This document shows, piece after piece, positions 17,736 through 26,238 of a stretch of DNA of 62,519 nucleotides. The number at the start of each line of letters is the position of its first letter. Within the stretch, counting starts at the first letter, position 1. Both the position numbers and the translations under genes were made by a program. A model generated the notes under the pieces. That model did not search any database, was not told the origin of the DNA, and saw only the letters and a program-made list of their open reading frames with translations. Source of the DNA: Patescibacteria group bacterium (GTDB lineage: Bacteria; Patescibacteriota; Patescibacteriia; UBA10025; JAHIVO01); NCBI GenBank assembly GCA_022560375.1, contig JADFTK010000001.1, positions 1 through 62,519 of the forward strand, written 5' to 3'.

Positions 17736-19439
17736 ATGACTACCGACCAAGAAAATAATATTACCTTGTTTGCTAAAACAAACTTCCGTAATCATGACAG
17801 GCAATTTGGCATTAAGTATGATGACCGAAGGCGCCACATGTATCTAATTGGCAAAACTGGAATGGGTAAAACTACTGTCATAGAAAACATGGTAATCTCG
17901 GACATTCGTTCCGGCAAAGGAGTGGCACTGGTTGACCCTCATGGCGACCTAGTAGAAAAAGTTCTGGATTACATCCCTTCGTATAGGATCAACGATGTGG
18001 TTTACTTTGATCCGGCGGATATGGATTTCCCTATAGGATTCAATGTGCTGGAAAACGTTAACCCCAATGAACGCCACTTAGTCGCTTCAGGGCTGATGGG
18101 TGTCTTTACTAAAATTTGGGAAGGGGTCTGGAGCGCCCGGATGGAGTATATTCTGAATAATTGTATTCTAGCATTATTAGAGTACCCAGGATCGACCATG
18201 CTCGGGATATCTCGAATATTAGTTGATAAAAAATATCGCCGCAAAGTCATCGACCATATAACCGATCCAATCGTTAAAAGCTTTTGGGTTGACGAATATG
18301 CCTCATATAACGAACGTTTTCGAAATGAAGCCATCGCTCCCATCCAGAATAAAGTAGGACAGTTTTTATCAAGCTCCATAATCAGAAATATTGTTGGTCA
18401 GCCTAAGAGTACTATGAACCTCCGTGAAATAATGGACTCAAAGAAAATTTTACTTTTCAATTTGGCTAAAGGAAGAATCGGAGAGAATAATTCGGCTCTC
18501 CTGGGTGCCATGATGATTACCCGGTTACAATTAGCAGCCATGAGCAGGGTTGATGTTCCCGAAGAGGAACGCACCGATTTTTATATGTATGTAGATGAAT
18601 TTCAGAATTTTGCTACGGAAAGTTTTGCCAGCATACTTTCTGAGGCAAGAAAATACAGATTAAATTTAATAATTGCCCATCAGTACATTGAGCAGCTTGA
18701 TGAGCAAGTGCGTGCATCCGTGTTTGGCAACATTGGTACCATGATGTGTTTCCGCGTGGGTGCAGCGGATGCTGAATTTTTAGCTAAAGAGTTTTCTCCT
18801 GTATTTTCTGAGGAGGACTTATTGAATCTCACTAAATACAATGTTTATTTAAAACTAATGATCGACGGTGTTGCATCAGAGCCTTTTTCTGCCGTCACGC
18901 TCCCACCGGCCGAAGGTAGGACGAATAACCGGCAGAAAGTTATAACGGTCTCAAGAGAAAGGTACAGTACGCCTAGAGCTGAAGTGGAGGAAAAGATACT
19001 TCGTTGGAGCGGTCTCCAAGAAATGCATCGTGGCTCCACGGAAAGTGAGAGTAAATCCCTGAACGAGCAGGAGGATAAGCAAAAATTTGGTAAAACTACC
19101 CCAGATAAAGCAGTAGTCAGCGAAGGCTCTAATGAAAAGAATAAAAAAGAGGCAGGACGAAATAAAATGTCGCTTGATTTCAAAAACCTAGAAGACATAA
19201 AACTCGACCCGGAACGAGACTCCATATCTCTGAGTGAAGCCACTTCCAGAAACCCACAACCCTTTAAGAAAAAGCAGTGGCAGCAAGATAAAGTTGTTAG
19301 TAGCAAAAAATCTTATAGAAAAAATGGTTTTGGCCAGGAACTTCGAAGTGAGAGCGGTAGCATGAGTTCCGGTCAGGTAAATACGATTAGACCAGGACAA
19401 AAAGTTAAAGTAAATCAAGCCCGAAACAATGATAGATAA
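17736..19439 (+). CDS. VirD4/TraD/TraG-like (type IV coupling protein family) P-loop ATPase without TM segments, with a disordered C-terminal tail
   Basis: Walker A GKTGMGKTT, Walker B FYMYVDEFQNF, then RKYRLNLIIAHQYIEQL. No hydrophobic N-terminus. The last ~170 aa are K/E/S-rich and low complexity. Confidence 0.65.
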   Translation: MTTDQENNITLFAKTNFRNHDRQFGIKYDDRRRHMYLIGKTGMGKTTVIENMVISDIRSGKGVALVDPHGDLVEKVLDYIPSYRINDVVYFDPADMDFPIGFNVLENVNPNERHLVASGLMGVFTKIWEGVWSARMEYILNNCILALLEYPGSTMLGISRILVDKKYRRKVIDHITDPIVKSFWVDEYASYNERFRNEAIAPIQNKVGQFLSSSIIRNIVGQPKSTMNLREIMDSKKILLFNLAKGRIGENNSALLGAMMITRLQLAAMSRVDVPEEERTDFYMYVDEFQNFATESFASILSEARKYRLNLIIAHQYIEQLDEQVRASVFGNIGTMMCFRVGAADAEFLAKEFSPVFSEEDLLNLTKYNVYLKLMIDGVASEPFSAVTLPPAEGRTNNRQKVITVSRERYSTPRAEVEEKILRWSGLQEMHRGSTESESKSLNEQEDKQKFGKTTPDKAVVSEGSNEKNKKEAGRNKMSLDFKNLEDIKLDPERDSISLSEATSRNPQPFKKKQWQQDKVVSSKKSYRKNGFGQELRSESGSMSSGQVNTIRPGQKVKVNQARNNDR

Positions 19440-19902
19440 AAGCAAATACGATTTTGAAGTAAAGCATTTAGAATTCAGTAAGATTGATGAGTTTTTATTA
19501 ATTGGTACGACTATTTGCTGCCGTGCGCATTTTGAAAAACTTATAAAAGCCGGCATGCAAGCCGATATTGACCTGCAAGAAGAAAAAATGGATAAGCCCT
19601 CCGGGGTCACTTCCTTTCTATGGCTTCCTACGGTAGATTTTACCCCGCCCTCTCAAGCGCAATTAAAAATTGGTTCACATTTTATAAAGGACCTTGTAAG
19701 TCAGAAAATGAAGTGTTACGTCCATTGTAATGAAGGCCACGGGCGCGCTCCCACCCTGGTAGCAGCCTACTACATTTATGCTCATGGGCTAACTCCGAGG
19801 CAGGCCGTCGACAGGATAAAAAGTAAAAGGCCACGAGCAAATCCTAATAAAAAGCAGATGAAAGCCCTCGATATTTTTTATAACAAAGTCCACAAAAGAT
19901 AA
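19429..19902 (+). CDS. dual-specificity (Cys-based) protein phosphatase
   Basis: 157 aa with the CX5R P-loop VHCNEGHGRAPT. Overlaps the ATPase gene by 11 nt. Confidence 0.75.
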   Translation: MIDKSKYDFEVKHLEFSKIDEFLLIGTTICCRAHFEKLIKAGMQADIDLQEEKMDKPSGVTSFLWLPTVDFTPPSQAQLKIGSHFIKDLVSQKMKCYVHCNEGHGRAPTLVAAYYIYAHGLTPRQAVDRIKSKRPRANPNKKQMKALDIFYNKVHKR

Positions 19903-19932
19903 ACAGCCTCGGAAAATTGCGTCATTCAATAG

Positions 19933-19957
19933 CGGTCCAAAATAACTGACCGTTTTT
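19933..19957 (+). terminator. rho-independent terminator (short stem)
   Basis: CGGTC (19933-37) pairs with GACCG (19948-52), followed by TTTTT. Confidence 0.45.
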
Positions 19958-19974
19958 ATTAAAAGTTACAAGTT

Positions 19975-19983
19975 TGGTATAAT
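19975..19983 (+). promoter_or_regulatory. extended -10 promoter TGgTATAAT, 6 nt upstream of ATG (leaderless transcript likely)
   Basis: TG 19975-76, TATAAT 19978-83, ATG at 19990. Confidence 0.45.
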
Positions 19984-19989
19984 TAGTAC

Positions 19990-21291
19990 ATGAGAATAAC
20001 TCAATTAGACATAAAAAAATACAAAAGTATACAAAAATTTTCCCTGGATAATCCTGGGAAAATACATATTTTTATTGGTGAAAACAACGCCGGTAAAACC
20101 AACATTATAGACGCCATTCACCAGCTTTATTCGAGTGATAAACAGAGATTACAATATGCTCAAACTAAGCTGTCAATTGAATTTTCCTTGAAGGGAAAAG
20201 TTAGCGGTAATTTGATAGTAACCCAAAATGGAGCAAAGAAAAAGTTTACCCTAGATGGCAAGATGATATTCGCCAAAAAAGCAAAAAAAATCTTGAGAAG
20301 TCATATAATCAGACTGTCAGCTGTAAACAAGCTAGATTTAAAAAAACTTCAGTCCGATTACTCTGTTTTTTCCTCAAGGCACAAGAAAATGTTCAGTATA
20401 TTCCAAAACATCCTAGCTTCACAATTCAAGGATATAAAAATTCCTAAAAATATCATCCAAGAATCATTTGGTAAAGAGAAACCAGGAAAGTACCCGCAAC
20501 ATCGATTAGGTGATGGTTTTAAGCAAGTTTTTATAATTTTAATGTACTTATTTGACCCTCAGTATACGATATTGTTATTAGAGGAACCGGAAATTCATTT
20601 GCACCCATCTTTGGTAAAAAAGTTATTAAGGATACTAGAAACAAAGAATTTAGATAATCAGATTTTTATTACAACCCACTCACCATTATTAATACATCCT
20701 GGTAATCTCCACAGATTGTTCAGAGTCACTAAAGAGTCGGGGGTAACTAAGGTCCACTCACCGAGAATATCTGGTCGTAAGCTAGACCTAAACCGTTTAA
20801 GGCAGGAATTGAACGCCGAGAATACCGAAATGTTTTTTTCTGATGTAGTTTTGCTGGTCGAGGGGCCGTCCGATCATATATTGATGAGAGGATTAATAGA
20901 CAGATTTTATAAAGGAAAAAATGACATTAAAGTAATCCAAATTTTTGGCAAAAGTAACGTGGATTTATACGCCGAATTGCTAGAAATATTCCATGTTCCT
21001 TATGTTGTTTTACTTGATCGTGACGCCCTGTATGACAGCGGCAGTAAAAAGGTAAAAAAAATAGTCGGTTCGAATTTTGCTGAGACGGAGCAAAGGAATA
21101 TAAATCTACTGAAAAAGCAAAATATATTCATACTTCCCAACGGAAGTATCGAAAATAACTATCCTAGAAAATATCAAAAAAGACGCAAGCACAAGCCCCA
21201 AAACGCACTTTATGCTGCTACTAGAATTACAGAGCAAGAATTCAACTCCTCAAAAATGAAATACATAAAAGAGGTCATAGACAGTTTATAA
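19990..21291 (+). CDS. OLD-family (ABC-type ATPase + Toprim) nuclease, short form
   Basis: 433 aa. Walker A GENNAGKTN, Walker B/D-loop ILLLEEPEIHLHP, H-loop ITTHSP. Toprim-like VVLLVEGPSDHILM and VVLLDRDAL. Confidence 0.7.
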   Translation: MRITQLDIKKYKSIQKFSLDNPGKIHIFIGENNAGKTNIIDAIHQLYSSDKQRLQYAQTKLSIEFSLKGKVSGNLIVTQNGAKKKFTLDGKMIFAKKAKKILRSHIIRLSAVNKLDLKKLQSDYSVFSSRHKKMFSIFQNILASQFKDIKIPKNIIQESFGKEKPGKYPQHRLGDGFKQVFIILMYLFDPQYTILLLEEPEIHLHPSLVKKLLRILETKNLDNQIFITTHSPLLIHPGNLHRLFRVTKESGVTKVHSPRISGRKLDLNRLRQELNAENTEMFFSDVVLLVEGPSDHILMRGLIDRFYKGKNDIKVIQIFGKSNVDLYAELLEIFHVPYVVLLDRDALYDSGSKKVKKIVGSNFAETEQRNINLLKKQNIFILPNGSIENNYPRKYQKRRKHKPQNALYAATRITEQEFNSSKMKYIKEVIDSL

Positions 21292-22376
21292 TGGCATTAG
21301 TCACTGATCGAAAAAAAGTATTTGTAGCCATGTCGGGAGGTGTCGACTCATCGGTCGCCGCTTATCTTTTACTACAGCAGGGTTTTGACGTAACTGGAGT
21401 ATTTATGAAAAATTGGTCAGATCCGTTAGCGGATAAATGTCCATGGGAGGATGACTTAAAAGATTTTATTAGTGTCTGTCATAAACTTAAGATTAAATCA
21501 AAGATTGAGATATTTGAAGAACAGTATAGAAAAAAAATAGTTAAATACCTAATCGATGGCTATAAAAAAGGCTTAACCCCCAATCCGGACATGCTGTGCA
21601 ACAAAGAAATAAAATTCAAGTTGTTTCTGGATAAAGCCAGAAAATTGGGCGCGGATTATATAGCTACTGGCCACTATGTCATCAGTAAAAGTGAAAAGGT
21701 AAAAGACAAAACTATATATTACCTTTTTATGGCCAAGGATTCCAATAAAGACCAGTCGTATTTTTTATCCCTGTTAAATCAGTCTCAATTAAAATATTCA
21801 CTATTTCCGATTGGTAATTTACTAAAACCGGATGTCCGAATAATTGCCAAAAAAGCCGGCATACCTGTTTATAATAAAAAAGATAGCCAGGGTATTTGTT
21901 TCATTGGCAAGGTGAAGTTTAGCGATTTTATCAGAACTTTCATCCCCTCCAAATATGGGAATATAGTCACCACTTCAGGTGAGATTATTGGTCGGCATGA
22001 TGGCTTGCCATTTTATACTATTGGACAGAGACATGGGTTAAAAGTTGGCGGGGGCACGCCGTATTATGTGGTAAAAAAACAAAAAAAGGAAAATAATCTC
22101 GTAGTCTCCAAAGGAGCTAAGGATAAATCCCTGTATAGTCTATCAGCTAATATAAGCAATTTTAGCTGGATAAGTGGAGTACCTCCTAGTTTTCCGATTA
22201 ATTGTTTTGCGAAGATTAGATATCGCCAAAAATCGCAAAAATGCGTGGTCGTTAAGAAAGGCGATCGTTTGCTTATTAAATTTAATAAGATGCAGCGGGC
22301 GATTACACCGGGGCAATTCGCTGTTTTGTATGATAAAAAAATGCTTTTGGGTGGTGGAGTAATTATGGCTGAATAG
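21291..22376 (+). CDS. mnmA: tRNA 2-thiouridine(34) synthase MnmA
   Basis: PP-loop VAMSGGVDSSVAA, then NPD..CN..IKF, DQSYFL, GICFIG. The start overlaps the OLD stop (TAATG). Confidence 0.9.
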   Translation: MALVTDRKKVFVAMSGGVDSSVAAYLLLQQGFDVTGVFMKNWSDPLADKCPWEDDLKDFISVCHKLKIKSKIEIFEEQYRKKIVKYLIDGYKKGLTPNPDMLCNKEIKFKLFLDKARKLGADYIATGHYVISKSEKVKDKTIYYLFMAKDSNKDQSYFLSLLNQSQLKYSLFPIGNLLKPDVRIIAKKAGIPVYNKKDSQGICFIGKVKFSDFIRTFIPSKYGNIVTTSGEIIGRHDGLPFYTIGQRHGLKVGGGTPYYVVKKQKKENNLVVSKGAKDKSLYSLSANISNFSWISGVPPSFPINCFAKIRYRQKSQKCVVVKKGDRLLIKFNKMQRAITPGQFAVLYDKKMLLGGGVIMAE

Positions 22377-22417
22377 TAATATTTTACAGCCTTCGAAAAT
22401 AGCTATATAATTCGAAT

Positions 22418-24235
22418 ATGACATCTGGCAAAATCAGAAAGAAGTTTCTAAACTACTTTAAGAAAAATAATCACTCGGTAGTAGAGTCATCTTCATTATG
22501 GCCGCAAGATGATCCGTCAGTGTTGCTGACTACTGCGGGGATGCAGCAATTTAAGCCATATTTTTTAGGAGATAAAAAGGTAAAAAAAGATTTTAATAAA
22601 AATTCTTTAACCTCGTCCCAGCGATGCTTTCGTACCTCTGATATTGAATTAGTGGGTGATGCAACCCATAGTACTTTTTTTGAGATGCTAGGAAATTTTT
22701 CTATGGGCGGGTATTTTAAGGAGGAGGCCATAAAATATGCTTGGGAATTTTTAACTGACGAGTTAAAAATTTCAGGAAACAAGATGTGGGCTACCTATTT
22801 TAATGGCGATAAAAATGTATCGGAAGATGGGGAGACGGTAAAAATTTGGAAAAAGTATTTACCAAAAAAAAGAATTATTGGTTTTGGACGAGATGAAAAT
22901 TGGTGGGGTCCACCCGGTAAAACCGGGCCCTGTGGGCCTAGTTCTGAAATTCATTTTGACTTCACAGGGAAGCCATGTGACAAGGGTGCTGAGTGCTTAC
23001 CTAATTGTGACTGCGGCAGGTTTATGGAATTATGGAACCTAGTCTTCATGCAGTACAAGATCGATTCAAGCAAGAGAATAAAGGAATTACCGAGTAAAAA
23101 TATCGATACTGGCATGGGCCTTGAAAGACTGACCATGTTGCTACAAAAAAAGTACAACATTTTTGATACGGATCTATACCAAAGTGTTACTAAAGATATC
23201 ATGAAGGATAAAAATTTTGGATCCACAACCGCAAACGAGGATATACGGCGCAGCAGGATTGTCGCGGATCATATTAAAGGTTCGGTATTTTTAATAGCGG
23301 ATGGGATTTCATTCAGCAATAAGGAGCAGGGTTATATATTGAGAAGAGTTTTTCGACGGGCACTAGATCAGTACCTGTACCCTAAATTTAACCTCATCGA
23401 TATAGTTGATAGAATCATAGCAATATATAGAGAACAGTATCCTTTTTTAGTCGCCAAAAAAGATGATGTATTGGCAAAAATGGACAGAGAGATAAAAACT
23501 TATGATAAAATTCTCAAAACGGATATAGCAGAAATTTCTAAAAAAATAATTAGCAGTAGAAGTCCAGCTAGGAAATTATACGTCAATGAATACTCAGCTA
23601 GGAAATTAACGGCTCAAGAGGCTTTCAAATTGTACTCGACTTACGGACTATCATCCCAAAGGCTAAGAAGAAAAGGATATGAATTTGATGAAGCCGAATT
23701 TAAAAAGGAAATCATCAAGCATCAAAAGCTGTCAAAGTCTTCCGCGGTAAAAAAATTTGGTGGACACGGATTAAATAGTAGTGAGTTGCCTGAGGACGAC
23801 AGAAAAATTATGACGCGGCTACATACAGCGACTCATTTATTGCAACAGGCATTAAGGGACGTTCTGGGTGATCATGTTCGCCAACAGGGATCAGATATTA
23901 CCCCCGCCAGATTACGCTTTGATTTTGAGCATCCGGCCAAATTAACAGACGATCAAAAAAAGAAAGTAGAAGAAATAGTCAACGGTAAAATTGAATTAGA
24001 TTTAAAAATAACTAGCACCGAGATGTCATATCAGGAGGCGATAGATACAGGGGCCTTAGCTTTTTTTGGGGAAAAATATGGGGATAAGGTCACTGTGTAT
24101 TCCGTTGGTGACTACTCGAAAGAGCTGTGCGGAGGCCCTCATGTAAATAAATCCGGTTCCATCGGGAAATTTAGCATAATCTCAGAAAAGTCATCATCAG
24201 CTGGTATAAGGCGTATAAAAGCAATCGTCGAATAG
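22418..24235 (+). CDS. alaS: alanine--tRNA ligase, short form lacking the C-Ala domain
   Basis: FKPYFLG, RCFRTSD, HSTFFEMLGNFS, GPCGPSSEIHFD, WNLVFMQY, IDTGMGLERL. Editing-site HTATHLL and CGGPHV. Ends at 605 aa. Confidence 0.9.
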   Translation: MTSGKIRKKFLNYFKKNNHSVVESSSLWPQDDPSVLLTTAGMQQFKPYFLGDKKVKKDFNKNSLTSSQRCFRTSDIELVGDATHSTFFEMLGNFSMGGYFKEEAIKYAWEFLTDELKISGNKMWATYFNGDKNVSEDGETVKIWKKYLPKKRIIGFGRDENWWGPPGKTGPCGPSSEIHFDFTGKPCDKGAECLPNCDCGRFMELWNLVFMQYKIDSSKRIKELPSKNIDTGMGLERLTMLLQKKYNIFDTDLYQSVTKDIMKDKNFGSTTANEDIRRSRIVADHIKGSVFLIADGISFSNKEQGYILRRVFRRALDQYLYPKFNLIDIVDRIIAIYREQYPFLVAKKDDVLAKMDREIKTYDKILKTDIAEISKKIISSRSPARKLYVNEYSARKLTAQEAFKLYSTYGLSSQRLRRKGYEFDEAEFKKEIIKHQKLSKSSAVKKFGGHGLNSSELPEDDRKIMTRLHTATHLLQQALRDVLGDHVRQQGSDITPARLRFDFEHPAKLTDDQKKKVEEIVNGKIELDLKITSTEMSYQEAIDTGALAFFGEKYGDKVTVYSVGDYSKELCGGPHVNKSGSIGKFSIISEKSSSAGIRRIKAIVE

Positions 24236-24251
24236 ACTAAATCATTATATC

Positions 24252-24279
24252 TTGACAGCATTTTGAGCGTTGTTATAAT
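24252..24279 (+). promoter_or_regulatory. sigma70-type promoter TTGACA-N16-TATAAT
   Basis: TTGACA 24252-57, TATAAT 24274-79. About 130 nt upstream of infA. Confidence 0.5.
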
Positions 24280-24324
24280 AGAATACATCATTACAAAATA
24301 TTAATTTCTGTGAAACAAGCATTA

Positions 24325-24388
24325 GGCAAGAAAATGGCTACTTAAGTACTGTTTTTAGTATAATCTTGCCCTTAAGGTAAGATTTTTT
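24325..24388 (+). promoter_or_regulatory. candidate attenuator: mutually exclusive hairpins plus U-tract in the infA leader
   Basis: GGCAAGA (24325-31) and GGTAAGA(T) (24376-83) can each pair with (A)TCTTGCC (24364-70). The downstream pairing is followed by TTTTTT (24383-88). Confidence 0.3.
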
Positions 24389-24407
24389 ATTATATATATG
24401 CCAACAT

Positions 24408-24659
24408 ATGGATATTAATAAGGATAGTAGAGGCTCATCAAAAGCAAATAAAAAAGGTTTTATAGAGGTTGTTGGGGAGGTGGAGGAATTACTTCCTGCC
24501 GCTAACTTTAGAGTCAAACTGGAGAATGGGCATATGATTCAAGCTCATTTGTCAGGACGAATGAGGATGCACAAAATTAGAATTCTTCCAGGAGATAAAG
24601 TCAAATTAGAGATGACTCCATATGATTTAAGCAAGGGACGAATAACATACCGTCAGTAA
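24408..24659 (+). CDS. infA: translation initiation factor IF-1
   Basis: S1-like sequence ...[46 protein letters not shown]. Confidence 0.9.
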   Translation: MDINKDSRGSSKANKKGFIEVVGEVEELLPAANFRVKLENGHMIQAHLSGRMRMHKIRILPGDKVKLEMTPYDLSKGRITYRQ

Positions 24660-24661
24660 TT

Positions 24662-24775
24662 ATGAAAGTAAGATCATCAGTAAAAAAGATGTGTACTAAG
24701 TGCCAGACAATACGGAGAAAGAAGCGTGTCTATGTTATTTGTGAAAACCCGAAACATAAACAGAGACAAGGATAG
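24662..24775 (+). CDS. rpmJ: 50S ribosomal protein L36
   Basis: Not in the ORF track (37 aa). [37 protein letters not shown], stop TAG 24773-75. Confidence 0.9.
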   Translation: MKVRSSVKKMCTKCQTIRRKKRVYVICENPKHKQRQG

Positions 24776-24781
24776 AAATTT

Positions 24782-25174
24782 ATGGCAGCTCGTATAGCAG
24801 GAGTTACATTACCACCTAATAAAAATATAATTATTTCACTTTCCTACATTTTTGGCATTGGTCTGACATTGTCCAGGAAGATTTTAGAGGAAGCAAAGAT
24901 TAACGAGAATGCCAAAACAGATTCACTTAATGATGCGGAAGTTAATAAGTTACGTGATATTATTGAAAATAAGTACCGAGTAGAAGGGGAATTAAAGAGG
25001 GAAATTTTATTGAATATTAAAAGATTAAAAGAGATAGGTACCTACCGAGGTTCTAGGCACGCTAAGGGATTGCCCGTACGTGGTCAGCGTACAAAAACCA
25101 ACAATAGAACTGTTAGAGGAAATGTCCGAAAGACTATGGGATCTGGCAGGCGTTTAGCATCGGATAAAAAATAA
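24782..25174 (+). CDS. rpsM: 30S ribosomal protein S13
   Basis: MAARIAGV.LP.NK... YRG.RH..GLPVRGQRTKTN.RT. Confidence 0.92.
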   Translation: MAARIAGVTLPPNKNIIISLSYIFGIGLTLSRKILEEAKINENAKTDSLNDAEVNKLRDIIENKYRVEGELKREILLNIKRLKEIGTYRGSRHAKGLPVRGQRTKTNNRTVRGNVRKTMGSGRRLASDKK

Positions 25175-25189
25175 ATTTATATTAAAGAA

Positions 25190-25597
25190 ATGCCAACAGC
25201 TCGTAAAAAGGGAAAAAAATACATAAAAAATAAGTCAAAGCAGAAAAAGAATGTTCTTCATGGCAAAGTTTTTATTCAGGCGACCTATAATAACACTCTA
25301 GTGACTATAACGGACGAAAATGGTAACACGCTTGCCTGGTCGTCAGCTGGGCATTTGGGGTTCAAGGGGCCTAAAAAAGCCACCCCCTATGCAGCTAGCG
25401 TTATAGTTAAGGATGTTGCGGAAAAGGTGAAGCCTTTTGGTTTACGCAGCGTCGATGTTTTTGTAAGAGGTGTAGGTTCGGGACGTGAATCTGCCATTAG
25501 GTCACTCAATGCCAATAATATAAATGTTCAATCAATTAAGGATGTCACACCTATACCACATAATGGGGTACGTCCAAAAAAACCAAGAAGGGTTTAA
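25190..25597 (+). CDS. rpsK: 30S ribosomal protein S11
   Basis: HGKVFIQATYNNTLVTITDENGNTLAWSSAG..GFKG.KK.TPYAA... and the C-terminus IKDVTPIPHNGVRPKK.RRV. Confidence 0.92.
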   Translation: MPTARKKGKKYIKNKSKQKKNVLHGKVFIQATYNNTLVTITDENGNTLAWSSAGHLGFKGPKKATPYAASVIVKDVAEKVKPFGLRSVDVFVRGVGSGRESAIRSLNANNINVQSIKDVTPIPHNGVRPKKPRRV

Positions 25598-25603
25598 AAA
25601 TAA

Positions 25604-26218
25604 ATGGGAAGGTATCTAGGTCCTAAGCATAAATTATGTAGAAAGTTTGGAGAAAAACTTTGTGATTCTCCCAAGTGCCCAGTGATAAAAAGACCTTATC
25701 GGCCTGGTCAACACGGTCCTAAGAGGCCACCTCGCCTTTCTGAGTATGGCCTGCAACTTAGAGAGAAGCAAAAAGCTTCCGGGATATATCGCGTTTTCGA
25801 AAAACAGTTTCGAAACTACTATAACAAAGCTAAAAGGCGTTCCGGGGACACAGGGGAAAATCTCGTGCAGTTACTAGAGATTAGACTGGATAATGTGATT
25901 TACCGATTTGGGTTTGCTAAGACTCGCGATTCATCGAGGCAGTTTATAAGTCATGGGCACGTAACTGTCAACGCCAAAAAATTAGACATACCATCCTACC
26001 AGGTAAAAATAGGGGATGTGATAGCTATCAAGACCCCAAGTCTGGATAAAATACTTTTCAAGGAAATCGTCAAATCAATAAATAAGAAGGATATCCCTTC
26101 TTGGCTTTCTCTGGAGGATGAAAAAATATTAAAAGGAAAAGTAGTCAGCCTGCCGGTTAAAGAACACCTCCAGCAAGGATTCGACACTTCACTAATTATT
26201 GAATTTTATTCGCGTTAA
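25604..26218 (+). CDS. rpsD: 30S ribosomal protein S4
   Basis: MGRYLGPK.KLCR.FGE ... SEYGLQLREKQK ... LE.RLDNV.YR.GFA.TR..ARQ...HGH..VN. Confidence 0.92.
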   Translation: MGRYLGPKHKLCRKFGEKLCDSPKCPVIKRPYRPGQHGPKRPPRLSEYGLQLREKQKASGIYRVFEKQFRNYYNKAKRRSGDTGENLVQLLEIRLDNVIYRFGFAKTRDSSRQFISHGHVTVNAKKLDIPSYQVKIGDVIAIKTPSLDKILFKEIVKSINKKDIPSWLSLEDEKILKGKVVSLPVKEHLQQGFDTSLIIEFYSR

Positions 26219-26238
26219 AAATTAATTAAACCAGAATT

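Noticed and set aside
22143-22424. ORFs 22174..22362(+) and 22143..22424(-) at the mnmA 3' end.
   Set aside because: They overlap the conserved MnmA C-terminal domain in other frames. No independent support.
24359-24364. Second TATAAT inside the infA leader as an independent promoter.
   Set aside because: No acceptable -35 or TG extension at the right spacing. It overlaps the proposed hairpin, so it is treated as part of the leader.
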